Shown piece by piece: positions 12,209-24,252 of a DNA stretch of 58,621 nucleotides (its first letter is position 1; each line of letters opens with the position of its first letter). Origin of the DNA: Octopus bimaculoides (Eukaryota); assembly GCF_001194135.2 (NCBI RefSeq), contig NC_068991.1, positions 65,568,109 through 65,626,729 of the forward strand. Reading direction: 5' to 3'. The notes under the pieces were generated by a model. It was not told the DNA's origin and did not search any database. It worked only from the letters and a program-made list of their open reading frames with translations. Both the position numbers and the translations under genes were made by a program.

Positions 12209-12582
12209 AAGTGGTTGGCATTAGGAAGGGCATCCAGCTGTAGAAACATTGCCACATCAGATTGGAGCCTGGTGCAGCTGCTGGCTTTCCAGACCTCAGT
12301 CACACCATCCAACCCATGCCAGCATGGAATACAGACGTTAAACGATGATGATGATGATGATGATACATATGTAGTACATGTGAATGTCATGAAAAACTTT
12401 CAAAATGAGATCAATAGTTAGAAATCTTGAGGCATGCAGAGTTATGTACCTTGTTCAGAGATTCTATACCACGGGCGTAGTAGAAATTACGACCATATTG
12501 GTCTGTAAACTAGCATCATCTTTACTTCACAGTCATTGCACACACACACACACAAACACACGCACAATCTGTATACGATTAC

Positions 12583-12644
12583 CTTTAATTTGTGATCATG
12601 GTCCTGATTGGCTTTGCAGTAAATATACATCCAGTCTGGAATTT
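12583..12644 (-). CDS. SAV1: salvador/SAV1 exon 6 (pre-SARAH segment)
   Basis: Read manually. Acceptor CTTTGCAG, (E)IPDWMYIYCKANQDHDHKLK, donor AAG|GTAATC. 62 nt. Resembles SAV1 EIPDWLQVYARAPVKYDHILK. Confidence 0.95.
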
Positions 12645-13702
12645 CTGCAAAGAGAAATATTATGGAAGTCTTGATTTAATAATAATAATAGTAATAAATT
12701 TATTAATCCAATTTACAACAAATATTTTTTTATTGATTACAATAAGTAAAGATTACAAAAAAATTTTTTTTCACAAATTGCATAAAAATCGGAATAAGCC
12801 CTTTTGGCAGCTTGACTGATTTGGGCACATTTGGCAGGAGGTGAAAAAAAAAATTAAATAGGTCAATCATTATAAAAAAAAAGGGGGGGGGGGAGATCCG
12901 TTGCATGCAATCAACCCAGTCAAAAACATATAAAAAATAAATATTACAAATGTTACAAAATTTTGGCTCAAGGCCAACAGTTTTGGGGGAGGGCATAAGT
13001 CAATATCATCTACCCCAGTGCACAACCGGTACTTATTTTATTATCCTTTCAAGGATGAAAGGCAAAGTCAACCTCAACCATCCAAAATATCATTGCATGA
13101 TTTGTATTATTATCACCAACCACTTCACAGGATGTACTGGGCACCTTTTACATGGCACCAGCACTGATGAGGTTTCCAAGTGTACACAAGACAAGACTCC
13201 TCAACAGAGTGAGGTGTAGTATTGAGGGATATGAAAGTATGATAGAATGAAAGGAGCAAATAAATGTCTTGTTGAAGAGGTGAATACATGACTTACCCAT
13301 CTGGAAAGAGAAAGAGATGTGAAGTTTAAGGTGTGAGGTGAGTATGAGAGAAAGAAATAGGATAGAGGATCAGAAAAGATGAGTGAGTAGGTAAATGCAC
13401 TAAAGTGAAAGTAGTGTCACCAATGATTAGAAATGGGAACTGAGTTGAACACAGTGAATATCAATTTGGGGAGAGGAAGTAGAAGAAAGGAAATAGGAGT
13501 GGTTAAACAAGGAGGAGATAAGGGACAGTAGTAAGGATACAATATGAGGTGCAGACAAGTGAATGATACCAATTACTGTACCCTACAATAATTACTTCAA
13601 ATTACATTTTGGTTATTTCATCCACAAACTTTATTTAGATCCTGTTTCAAATTTCACTCTCTCTGGTCACTGGTTCTTTAATATGTGTGATAAGACTTTG
13701 TT

Positions 13703-14100
13703 GTGGAGGCGCAATGGCTCAGTGGTTAGGGCAGCGGACTCGCAATCATAAGATCGCGGTTTTGATTCCCAGACCGGGCGTTGTGAGTGTTTATTGAGTG
13801 AAAACACCTAAAAGCTCCACAAGGCTCCGGCAGGGGGGGGGGGCGAACCCTGCTGTACTCTTTCACCGCAACTTTCTCTCACTCTTACTTGCTGTTTCTG
13901 TTGTGCCTGTAATTCAAAGGGTCAGCCTTGTCACACTGTGTCACGCTGAATCTCCCCCCGCCCACCCAGAACTACGTTAAGGGTACACGTGTCTGTGGAG
14001 TGCTCAGCCACTTGCACGTTAATTTCACGAGCAGGCATGTTCCGTTGATCGGATCAACTGGAACCCTCGACGTCGTAAGCGACGGAGTGCCAACAACAAC
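13703..14100 (+). mobile_element. tRNA-derived SINE, family D, (CAA)n tail; full length and young
   Basis: A box TGGCTCAGTGG, B-box-like GTTTTGATTCC, tail CAACAACAAC, 11-bp TSD AAGACTTTGTT (13692-13702, 14101-14111). Confidence 0.9.
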
Positions 14101-14153
14101 AAGACTTTGTTATATAGCATTATAGAATACTCATTAAAATTATTTACTCTTAC

Positions 14154-14311
14154 CTTCATGTAAATATGGGTTAGCTGGCACCAACAAATTAGACTGTCTA
14201 TACTCTATCTGTTTCGGGATAACTAGTTCTTGTGGAGCACAGATAATGTTCTGTTGATGTGGTAAAACTGGAGCACAAGGATGATGGTATTGGGCAACTT
14301 TCAAAATATAA
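14154..14311 (-). CDS. SAV1: salvador/SAV1 exon 5 (C-half of WW2 through the LLVPANPY motif)
   Basis: Not in the ORF track; read manually. Acceptor TTTTGCAG, (N)YILKVAQYHHPCAPVLPHQQNIICAPQELVIPKQIEYRQSNLLVPANPYLHE, donor G|GTAAGA. 158 nt, phase 2 to phase 1. The AQY.HPCAP and LLVPANPY motifs match SAV1. Confidence 0.95.
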
Positions 14312-15010
14312 CTGCAAAAGGAAAATAAAAGTCATTAATTAGTAATTTCGCATTGGGAATTATAAAAAATAAGAATTAGAGATTTTGTAAAATTCCCCCA
14401 TCCATCCATCTTCTCCATCCATTACTCCTGAAAGGGTCATGAGGATAGAGTCCTCAGGCACCTTCCTCATAGGATCCCATCAAAAGCAACCATCATTGGA
14501 CTTTCTGGCTGGATTCCCAAGTATGACCAGCTGAGACTATGGCTATTGTCCATCCAACTCATTCTTGGTCTATTCCCTAGGTCTCCTACCAGTTGGCTCA
14601 GTTTGAAGAATCTGTCTTGTGATCCCTTCTGGTGGTATTTTAACCATATGTCTGTAGTACCAGAACCATGATCTTTCAATGCAGAGAAGTAGCAGTTCAA
14701 ACTGGGGAGACTTCCTGATCTCTGAGCTACACACATGGAATTTATAATTTGTAATTTTTTTCTTTTTTGTCAACAGCATCATAAAAATTTAATGTCTAGA
14801 CACTTTTTGAAATGTGAGGGATTTAAGAAACTTCACACACTATGTGTTGCCAAAAGGATCCTGGGGATGTAAACTGATCTTTCTGGAAATAAATAATGTT
14901 TTAAGAGTTATGAAACATTACAAGATTATCAGTTTTCCATGGAGGAATGGAAGAGGAAGAATTGCTGATGTTAGCAGTGAACATTACGCTTAAACACTGG
15001 AGGTGTAATA

Positions 15011-15362
15011 GTTTTATGCTGTCAACTTAATGTGACAGTCCCCTGGAGGGAATAATACTACTGTTGGTTAGACCTAAGAAGCTGCACTGCTTCCTGTTGG
15101 CCTTGACACATTTCCTGTGTCCTTATGTTTACAAGGGGGAGACAAGCACCTCCACCCAGCTAAGCCTGCATCCAGAGACATGTTTCTGAGTCTTTGCTCA
15201 TTATCAGTCTGGAGCAGCATGACCTGCTAGTCTCCCCCTTGTAAACATAAGAGCACAGGAAATGTGTCAAGGCCGACAGGAAGCAGTGCAGCTTCGTAGG
15301 TCTAACCAACAGTAGTATTATTCCTTTCATGGGACTGTCACATTAAGTTGACAGCATACAAC
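15011..15362. mobile_element. foldback MITE with about 134-bp inverted arms
   Basis: 15011-15143 is the near-perfect reverse complement of 15230-15362. 86-bp spacer. TA on both flanks. Confidence 0.85.
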
Positions 15363-16138
15363 TACTTCATCGTATTACTACTGCATAAATCTCTCTGAGA
15401 GATTTAGAAATGTATTATTTCTAAACTGGAGGTGTGGTATTATCATGGGAGTGTGAACTAAATATACTCAGAGATGACTGATGGAAGGACATTGTCAGCA
15501 GAAGTAAATCTAGGACATCTCATACAGAAGCTTTGAATCCACTCGATTAGCTTAGAATATAATCTATAAGAAGGATGTTGACAGGCGATTGCCATGCTAC
15601 ACTTTGGTGGTACTTGGATAATACAGTCGGTACAAACACAATTTTGCTTTCAAATTACTTACAAGTGCACAACACTTAACTTTAATTCAAGCCTCCAAAT
15701 GAAGCTACACAACACAGTAACAATAATACAATTAGCTACAAAATTCTTCATTCATTCAGTTCAAAACTATCCCAAACAACTAACCGGATTATATAGACCC
15801 CATAATTGTCCTCGACAGATATCACCATTGTATGTTTTAAAAACTATGTTGCAACTACACTGACAAAAGATTATAAAGGTTCTAAAAATCAAACATTAAA
15901 GGAGAATATTTAGTGAGCTTTAGCAGATTAAGAGCAGAGTTCTAGCAACCCTAGGTTTCTAGCCATTTTTACCTCCTCATGCTACTAGATCTCAAAGTAG
16001 TAGTAATGACTTAGTGAAAATCTGCAATATTTATTATAATTCTAATCAGAAGACCATCTTTCATCCAAATGTGTCATTGCTAATCTTAACAGACTGCCAT
16101 GAGGAAACAAAGAAAATCTGAGCAGAGTAGAATCTTAC

Positions 16139-16340
16139 TTGACATAAAATACACCATATTCTTTTGATTCTATCCTCTCCCATCCCATTGGTAAGTTATC
16201 TTTCTCAAAAGGATGGCTCCAATGCGTAGTTTGTGTATTGTGATCGATATAGTATTTGCGTCCGCGTACAGTCCAGTCTAAAGACCAGCCTGGTGGTAGG
16301 GATAACTCTTCCTGTCCCATGTAGCTTCCTGACCCATAAC
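16139..16340 (-). CDS. SAV1: salvador/SAV1 exon 4 (WW1 and N-half of WW2)
   Basis: Acceptor TTTGTAG. Reads (G)[66 protein letters not shown], close to the SAV1 WW tandem. Donor AA|GTAAGA, 202 nt. Confidence 0.97.
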
Positions 16341-16499
16341 CTACAAAGAAAGAAAGAAGAAAAAACACAGGAATATAATTACAATAATTAAATAGTCTTC
16401 CAGCTACGACAATACAGTCAGACAAGACATTTTAAACAAAACAGTACAGTAATAGAATATTTAGCAATTCATTTTCACGAAAAAACTTGTTTGCAAATA

Positions 16500-16560
<61 letters not shown>

Positions 16561-16654
16561 GGGGGGGATCATTTACGAAAAAAACAACAGACGAAGACAG
16601 GTGGTGTAAACAACAAATGGATGTATTAGTTTAACGCTCGGGAATAGAGAAATT

Positions 16655-16690
16655 CTTTGACGTTTCGAGCCTATGCTCTTCAACTGAAAG
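16655..16690 (-). ncRNA. minimal type I hammerhead architecture with mutated core
   Basis: Minus strand: CTTT - CAGTTGA - A - GAGC atag GCTC - GAA ACGT C - AAAG. The core differs from CUGANGA at two positions. Confidence 0.45.
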
Positions 16691-19185
16691 GAACACAGAA
16701 AGAAACAAGGAGAGAAAAAAGGAGAAAAAAATGAGGAGAAAAAATATATATAAAAATCAAAAAAGTAGCATACATCCTTTTTTTGAGATGGTAGGGCATG
16801 TATTTAAGGGAGATCTGGATGGTATTTCTTGCAGATCGAAGAACAACGTAAACACTTCCTAGTCGTTCGACCACGATATGCTTACAGTATCTAGCAGTGT
16901 CCAACGGTCGCTCATCTAAGTAATCAGACGAGAGTCAGTGTTTTTAACACGACAGGACCGTTAAAGGAAACCTAACATGTAGGAATTTCGTTTTATTTTT
17001 GTCTTCGAAGAGTCGCCTCCCTTGACTACATTCGCAACTACTTTTAAAACAATCATCGTTCTTTCGTTTTCAATAGAGATTCAAACTTCTTTATGCTTTA
17101 AGGCAGAATGTTTTACGCATGGTTGTCTGTTTGTCTATGTGTCCTTGAGGAATTCTATATGTTGATAACCCCGTTATCGTTACACAATCAGTTGAAGTAT
17201 TGACGAAATGGTTCCAAGCCGACAAGAATAATCAAGTCAAAATCTTAAAGGTTAACATTACAATCATCATCATCATCACTATTGTCACCATTTAACGTCC
17301 ACTTTTCCATGGTCAGACAGAATTTGTTAAGGCAAATTTTCTACTCATATGTGTCAGATCCTATTGTGTCTGCATTTAATATGCAGAACATCCTCCCAAG
17401 CTATTTTCCCTCAGTCATATTACTGATATTCATAATCAGCATCACCACATCTTCCTCAGTATCTATTGTGTGTGTGTGGGGGGGGGGGGGTGTTTGGAGA
17501 GAGAAAGAGAGACCAATGAAGCATACATTATTCAGTCAGTTTGCAGAAACTTTACATGTTCTTTTTTCATTCTTTCCCTCTTCATTTCCTCTTATTCCTT
17601 TCTGTGGAAGAGTGTAGGCTCATAATGTGAAAGATTTTTTTCATTTTTCCCAAGCATCAAACTAATACACTTGCTTGTTCATACAGCTGTCTTCAACTTT
17701 TGTTTTTTTAATAAATTTCAACTATATATTGATATGATGTGCCAGAGGTAAACCAGCACATGCTGTTGGACCCCACAGCTGGTATAGGGGGTTGCACTCT
17801 ATGCCTTGACCTGAGCATAGAATGGGTCTCGCCTATTTGAGCTGGGAAATGAATGGAATGCTTGGTGTGCCTTGTTGGCTACCCGCTTCTAAAAAAAATG
17901 GGCAATAAGCCTGCATATATAAAAAAATATATATATATACATGGTGGGCTCTCCGATCAAAGACAACATATGAGTGTTCAGCTTTTACCAAATGATCTGC
18001 ACAAATAATTTGTTTATAGTGATCAAATGTATGTGCCATACATTAGCTAACTCCATCTATAAAATCGATGTTGCCTGAACAGGTGCACAGTGGACCACAC
18101 GTCAGGTAACAAAGTGATCACAGAGCAATGCAGAGATGAAGTGCTTTGCTTAAGAATACAACACAGAACCCAGTTTCGCAATTTTGAGTGCAACATCTTA
18201 ACCACTAGGCCATGTGTCTTCTCTCACACACACAAGGTACAGGTATGGTGTGATTTAGAAGCTTGCTTCCCAACTATGTGGTCTTGGGTTCAGTCCCACT
18301 AATGGCATCTTGGACAATTGTTTTTTTACTGTAGCTCTGGGCCTTGTAAGTGGATTAGGTAGACAAAAACTGAAAGAAGCTCGTGCTATATATGTGTGTG
18401 TGTGTGTAACCTTGTCTAGACTTCACATGATTGCAAACGAACAAATAAGGTTGTTCATTTCCAATCCTTCATAGAAAACATGTCTGACCATGGGAAAATA
18501 TTACCTTGCTTGGAAACAAATAAGGGTTGGTGACAAGAAGGGTACCTGTCATAGGAAATCTGCCTTAACAAGTTCAGTCTGACCCAAGCAAACACGGAAA
18601 AATAAACATTAAATGATGATGATGATATATATCAAAAAGTCCTTAGTGTTAATATTTGTCCACTAAGCATGTACTTCTTTGCATTTAAATAATTATGATT
18701 AAAGTTTTAATTTATGCACTTTATTTTAATATTTAAATCACTTTTGTTTATCTTTAAAGGTGTTTATTATTTCTTTATATTTCATTCCCCCGCCCCCACT
18801 GAATTTTTCAAATTGTAATGGTAATTTGTGAATTATTTAAAACTTAATTCTATATATTAATACTGACCGACTAAGTTTGCTTAGATAGGGGAGAATACTC
18901 AGTCTTTCTTGGCTTGATTGGATAAATAAATAACTGAATAACTCTCGGGCAGACAGATTATTTAGATTTTTGTTCATTTATAGTTTATTATTTTTCCATA
19001 ACAGCAACAGTACTTGGAGGTTTTAACAAATTCAAATAATTTAAAAACTGATGACGCAATTACTTTTACAACACGATGCTACCCCTAGCATTATTTACTT
19101 AGCTGTGTGGTCCGAGGAGTGAGTGAAATATTATGAATCAGGCAGTTATGCACCTCACCTAGAGTTGCAACACAACAAAGTTATC

Positions 19186-19592
19186 CTCTTTTACTTGTTT
19201 CAGTCATTTGACTGCGGCCATGCTGGAGCACCGCCTTTAGTCGAGCAAATCGACCCCAGGACTTATTCTTTGGAAGCCTAGTACTTATTCTATCGGTCTC
19301 TTTTGCCAAACCGCTAAGTTACGGGGACATAAACACACCAGCATTGGTTGTCAAACGATGTTGGGGGGACAAACACAGACACACAAACACCTGCATACAC
19401 ATATATATATATATATTCATACATATATACGACGGGCTTCTTTCAGTTTCCGTCTACCAAATCCACTCACAAGGCTTTGGTCGGCCCGAGGCTATAGTAG
19501 AAGACACTTGCCCAAGGTGCCACGCAGTGGGACTGAACCCGGAACCATGTGGTTGGTAAGCAAGCTACTTACCACACAGCCACTCCTGCGCC
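19186..19592 (-). mobile_element. tRNA-derived SINE, family B (internal microsatellite, GTAAAAGA tail)
   Basis: Head GGCGCAGGAGTGGCTGTGTGGTAAG...GGTTCAGTCCC, CCTTGGGCAAGTGTCTTCT body, tail TGACTGAAACAAGTAAAAGAG. More than 15 related copies or fragments in the window. Confidence 0.88.
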
Positions 19593-19690
19593 TATGTTAG
19601 TATTTAATACATGACCCTGTAGTCAGTAACCCAAAACCCTAAACCCTGCAACCATTGTACTTTGTAATCAAATAAAATGAAACAACTAAC

Positions 19691-20029
19691 CGGTGGTAGA
19701 AGAAGATGGTGTAGTACTGCCACTAACATGTACAAGTTCCTGATTGGTTCCAGGAACTGGTATCACTGCCTGTTGGTGCGCACCAACATTGCCAACGGTA
19801 GCTGTTTGGTTTTGCTGAGCATAGTGGTTGCGGATTTCTTGATGGTATTGTTGAATCTGGTAGTTCTCATCACATTGGTTGTAATACTCAGGAGTATAGC
19901 CAGAAGTAGCATTGTAAGCTTTAGCAGCACTATATACATTTGTGTTATTGTTATAACTGGTCACTACTGTCGTACCAACAGACTGTAACTGTGATGGATT
20001 TGTTGTTTCTTCATTTTTCATTGTAGCTT
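19691..20029 (-). CDS. SAV1: salvador/SAV1 exon 3 (low-complexity T/N/Q/Y-rich linker)
   Basis: Acceptor TTTTGCAG, 339 nt (E)ATMKNEETTNPSQ...SSSTT, donor G|GTTAGT. Phase 1 to phase 1, consistent with both neighbouring exons. Confidence 0.85.
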
Positions 20030-21567
20030 CTGCAAAAACAATGTTAAATTAATAGGTTTTTATGGTCAAACTGGAACTTTCCCATGTCCGTTATATACTT
20101 TATACATAAGATGCAACTGCTTTGGCTAACAGTTTTAATTCAGAAGGTATGTAAAAGTTAACACTATTCTATTGTACTCTTTTTCTTTTGTGTGTGGTGG
20201 GGGGAATCATATGGTATCTAAAGTGAATGCTTCCCTGAAATATTTACAAGAGTATCAATTGCACATTACAGTATATTTACTGAGTGATTGTTTTTTCACT
20301 GCTCCAGCATATTTGGAGAAGTCTATGCTTTACTGAGGTGGTTGAATAAGGCTGAAACAAGTCTGGAGTTGTTTCCCTCATTTGACAAAAGGCTCAGAAG
20401 ACTATTAGTCAGTAACTAATAGGGTTTATTCTTTGCAACATATTTTTTTTTCTAATTAACTCCCTTCATTAAAATGCTAAGACAAGATGTAACTGTGCCT
20501 TGTCTACGTAGCTGCAACTGTACCGTGTTTATATAGGAATAATGGAACTGTGCCATAAATAAGATGGAACAGTGCCAGGTCTACATAGCTGCAACTGTAC
20601 CATACCACAAGCACATGCATAGCTCCACTTCATAGCATCTTAGACAAGTGTCTTCTACGCAAGCATTGGCTTGACCAACTCATGTGAGTGGAATTTGATA
20701 GCTGGAAACTGTACAGAAACCCTTCATATACGTGTGTGTGTGTGCACGTCCATATCTGTGCTTATGCATATACTGGCCTAAAAACAGGTGTTGTCCATTT
20801 ATAACTGTAACTTAGCAGTTCGAAAAATTGGTATAACAAAATACTGAGCTGAAATAAATACTAAGGTTGATATGACTGACTAAAACCCTTGAAGGCAGTA
20901 CCCCAGCATGGGCTGAAGTCCAATGACTGAAACCAGTAAAAGAATGTACTTAGATAAGTTGTATTGTCTATGTCTCGGTCTGTCACAAGCCCTAGAACTT
21001 ATAAGGCTAGACAACCAGGTTTCCATGGAATATAAGTGCATGAGATTACAACACTCACCCTGAATGGGATGCCAATCCATTGTAGGGTTAACTCCCCTAG
21101 CTGTTGCTGGAAATCATTTACAGTAGACAACCCATGCCTGTTCAACCCAAGCTAACGTGGAAAATGGATGTAAAAGGATGATGATGCTGAGGGGCTGAAG
21201 TAACATGAAATGAAGTGTTTTGCTCAAGACCACAATGCATTGCTTGACCTGGAAATTGAAACCATGACCTTACAGTCGTGCGTGCACCACCTTAACCATT
21301 AGGCCGTATGCCATAATTGTCTGTGTCTGCACAGATGAAATGGAAATTTTAGAGCTGTAATCACCTGGCAAGAGATTTAACTTACGACAGTGTGTTGAAA
21401 CTGGAACAAAGTGTTGAAGGGTCGTTTTCTTAGGCATTTAAAAAACATGCGAAGTTGCAGTGGAATTGTGTCAATGACCAGATCATAAAAATATGATATA
21501 AACTTATATAAATATGATATAAACTATTTATGATATCATAATATAATGTCCATCTTCCATACTGGCA

Positions 21568-21780
21568 TGTATGTGTTTGTCCTCCCAACATCGCTTGACA
21601 ACCAATGCTGGTGTGCTTACGTCCCCGTAACTTAGCAGTTCAGCAAAAGAGACCGATAGAATAAGTACTAGGCTTCCAAAGAATAAGTCCTGGGATCAAT
21701 TTGCTCAACTAAAGGCGGTGCTCCAGCATGGCCGCAATCAAATGACTGAAACAAGTAAAAGAGTAAAGAGTAAAAAAGTA
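21568..21780 (+). mobile_element. family B SINE 3' half
   Basis: Reverse complement of about 19186-19390, with tail AAGTAAAAGAGTAAAGAG. Confidence 0.85.
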
Positions 21781-22618
21781 TCTAGAACTTTATTATCCAA
21801 TGTCTTGCCTTTAAGACAGAGAAAGATTTGGTTTGTGTGACTTCAGTTTGTTATCAAGGATATTTTTACAACTGGATGGTCCTCTCTAGTTCCAACCAAT
21901 GTATTTATCGTTGGTTAGAACTTGGTAGTCTCCAACTTAAGGGTGATTCTACCTGCAGGCATGGCTGTGTGGGTAAAAAGTTCACCTCCCAACCACATTG
22001 CTTTGGGTTCAGTCCCACTACATGGTGCCTTGAGCAAGTGTCTAATATGGTACTATGTCTTTTTGTCCGATGTCACTTCGTCAAGCATTTTTTTGTCAAA
22101 TGATTTTTTTGCCCAACAACAAATCCTATCAATAAAATTCTCAATGATTATTTGATTTTGATGTTCACCTTTTTTTCTAAAAAGTTTATTTAAAATTAGA
22201 CAAAAAGTCGTTGGACAAAAAAAAATCATCGGACAAAAAGACATTGGACCAAAAGATGTGAATGAAGTGATGGACAAAGTAACATCAGACGAAAAGTCAG
22301 TTCACATTCTAATATAGCCACAGGGCAATTGAAGCCTTATGAATGAATTTGGTTAGCTGAAGTTCAGTCATGTGTATGCGTGTGAAAATGCTTGTGCTTC
22401 CTTTGATAGGGAGCATAAAAAGGGGAAGCATTCTGTTTTAAGGGAATGAGCTTGTGATGATGACTAATAAAATACACTCCTAATCTCATTAACTAAGAGT
22501 TTCAATAATTACTAGTAGAAATTCCTCTGTTCTATCATTAAGCATTATTACTGATCAAAAGTAGAAGACATGAAGTAGAGATAGCTGTGACTGTACAGTG
22601 CCAGGTTAAAATGTTTAA

Positions 22619-22839
22619 CCCTTTTGTGACCATATTTCTGTTGAGATGTTCTGTGTTTCTTTCAATTAATTTTAAAATAACAAAGAATTTAGTAAAATAA
22701 CTTAGTTATCATTAAGCTAGTGTTAAGAACATAAATTGTGACTAAGATCTGGTGGAAGAATTTAATTCAAAACTTATGCAAACAAGACATTTGTACTACA
22801 GAGCCAGAGCCGGTTTCAGCCAGGTTGGTAACAAAAGGG
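22619..22839. mobile_element. piggyBac-type MITE
   Basis: TTAA|CCCTTTTGTGACC ... GGTAACAAAAGGG|TTAA. A related right-half copy lies at about 36553-36712. Confidence 0.88.
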
Positions 22840-23276
22840 TTAACAGCATCTAATTTAGTCTCACTAGATTCTTAGTTCAATTCCTCCTCAAGTAAGTGTT
22901 AGCATTTATCACACCTGGGTTGCTGATGAAATAAATACCTGTTTATATCAGCTATACAAATTGATTATACTGCTTCTCCTTCATAAAATTGGTCTCATAC
23001 ATATGTTAACTCTTTTGCCTGTCTAAAGTATTTTTACAAGTTTGTCCTAAACGTCTATGCTTGTTGTCAGACTTCTAGTTAGCCCTAGATATTTCATACG
23101 TTCTGAGTAATAAAAAAACTTTCCTTCCATAAGAGCAAAGTTACTCTGGTGGCTAAAAAAAAAAAAATATATGATGCATGGATGCTATGGAAATATGCCA
23201 CCATATAACATGTGTGATATGGGGACAGGCAAAGAGTTTAAAAAGCAAACCCAAGCAAATATCGAAGTTATCTCAC

Positions 23277-24005
23277 CTTCTCTTATAGATGCAAGTGAAT
23301 TATCTGGTTTCATCTTTGAATGCAGGGACTGTGGTGAGGGAGGTGGTGGTGCACTCGGTGTAAGTGACTGGTGGTGGGCACCTTGATTAAGAATTGCTCG
23401 AGGTACCACCCGACCAGGGTTTGCAGCAGTCTGACTTGGCACCAACAAAGCCCCGTGCTGTTGCTGATGTTGATGATGTAAACCAACCTGGTTCAGCTGT
23501 GGGGATGCACTTCCACTTTGAGGACCCATTTGCTGCTGATTGCAAGTTGCAGTTTGGTGCTGTTGCGCATTGTGGTGTGACTGTAGCTTGGGAGAGTCTT
23601 GTGAATTGGACCGATAGTTGGTCAGTGACATGTTCTGAAAAGCTTGGTTGAAATTAGAGGCCGACCCATAGCCAGATGATGAGAAGGTTGAGGCAGGAGA
23701 ATGTCCTGGTGACGGGGTAGAAGATGGGGCTGGTGAAGAAGCTGCATTAAGGTTCTGGTATATATGGCCAGCTGGGTTGTTGGCATTGGAGTTACAATTA
23801 GAATTGGTATTGGGGGAAGAAACACCTCCACTACTGTGGGAAGTTGGGGAATAATTTGAGGAATGACATGGTACCTTTGGTGCTGAGATGTATGAATGGC
23901 CACTATAAGCAAAGCTATTTACAGATTGTTGTGGTGCGTAAGAAGCCAAGGTTTTCGTACTTCGACGTTGAAATACATTGGTGTGCCGTACAGGAGTATC
24001 ATAAT
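23277..24005 (-). CDS. SAV1: salvador/SAV1 exon 2 (S/P/Q/N/H-rich low-complexity region)
   Basis: Acceptor TTTTAG, 729 nt open frame (N)YDTPVRHTNVFQRRS...SLASIRE, donor G|GTGAGA. Phase 1 to phase 1. Lies within ORF-track 23185..24036. Confidence 0.88.
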
Positions 24006-24252
24006 CTAAAAGATAGAAAATTAAGAAATTAGTCATTTAGTGCAAAAATATTAAGTGTATATAAATAATGTATGTACATGTAATTAGTGCAGTTGGAGTC
24101 GTAAAAGATACATGGACATATCAGACACATTATCAGCAATTTCAGCAGCACATATTCAGCAAAAAAACTGTTTTTAGTTCATTACAGCATGTAATATTTA
24201 AAGCAATCTAGTGGTACATTACAAAATATTACAAAAGAACCTTAGAAAACAT

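Noticed and set aside
13200-13560. Purine-rich stretch (similar character at 41440-41770 and 42470-42660), possibly a LINE relic
   Set aside because: No translatable motif recognised, so left unannotated.
13703-13780. tRNA-like sequence with A and B boxes (also at 6162, 19510-19592, 52565, 56890-56964)
   Set aside because: These are SINE heads continuous with SINE bodies, tails and TSDs. No complete cloverleaf or acceptor stem, so not called tRNA genes.
17833-18039. Minus-strand ORF in sav intron 3 (ADHLVKAEHSYVVFDRRAHH) considered as a sav exon
   Set aside because: No SAV1 similarity, and exons 3 and 4 already join in phase.
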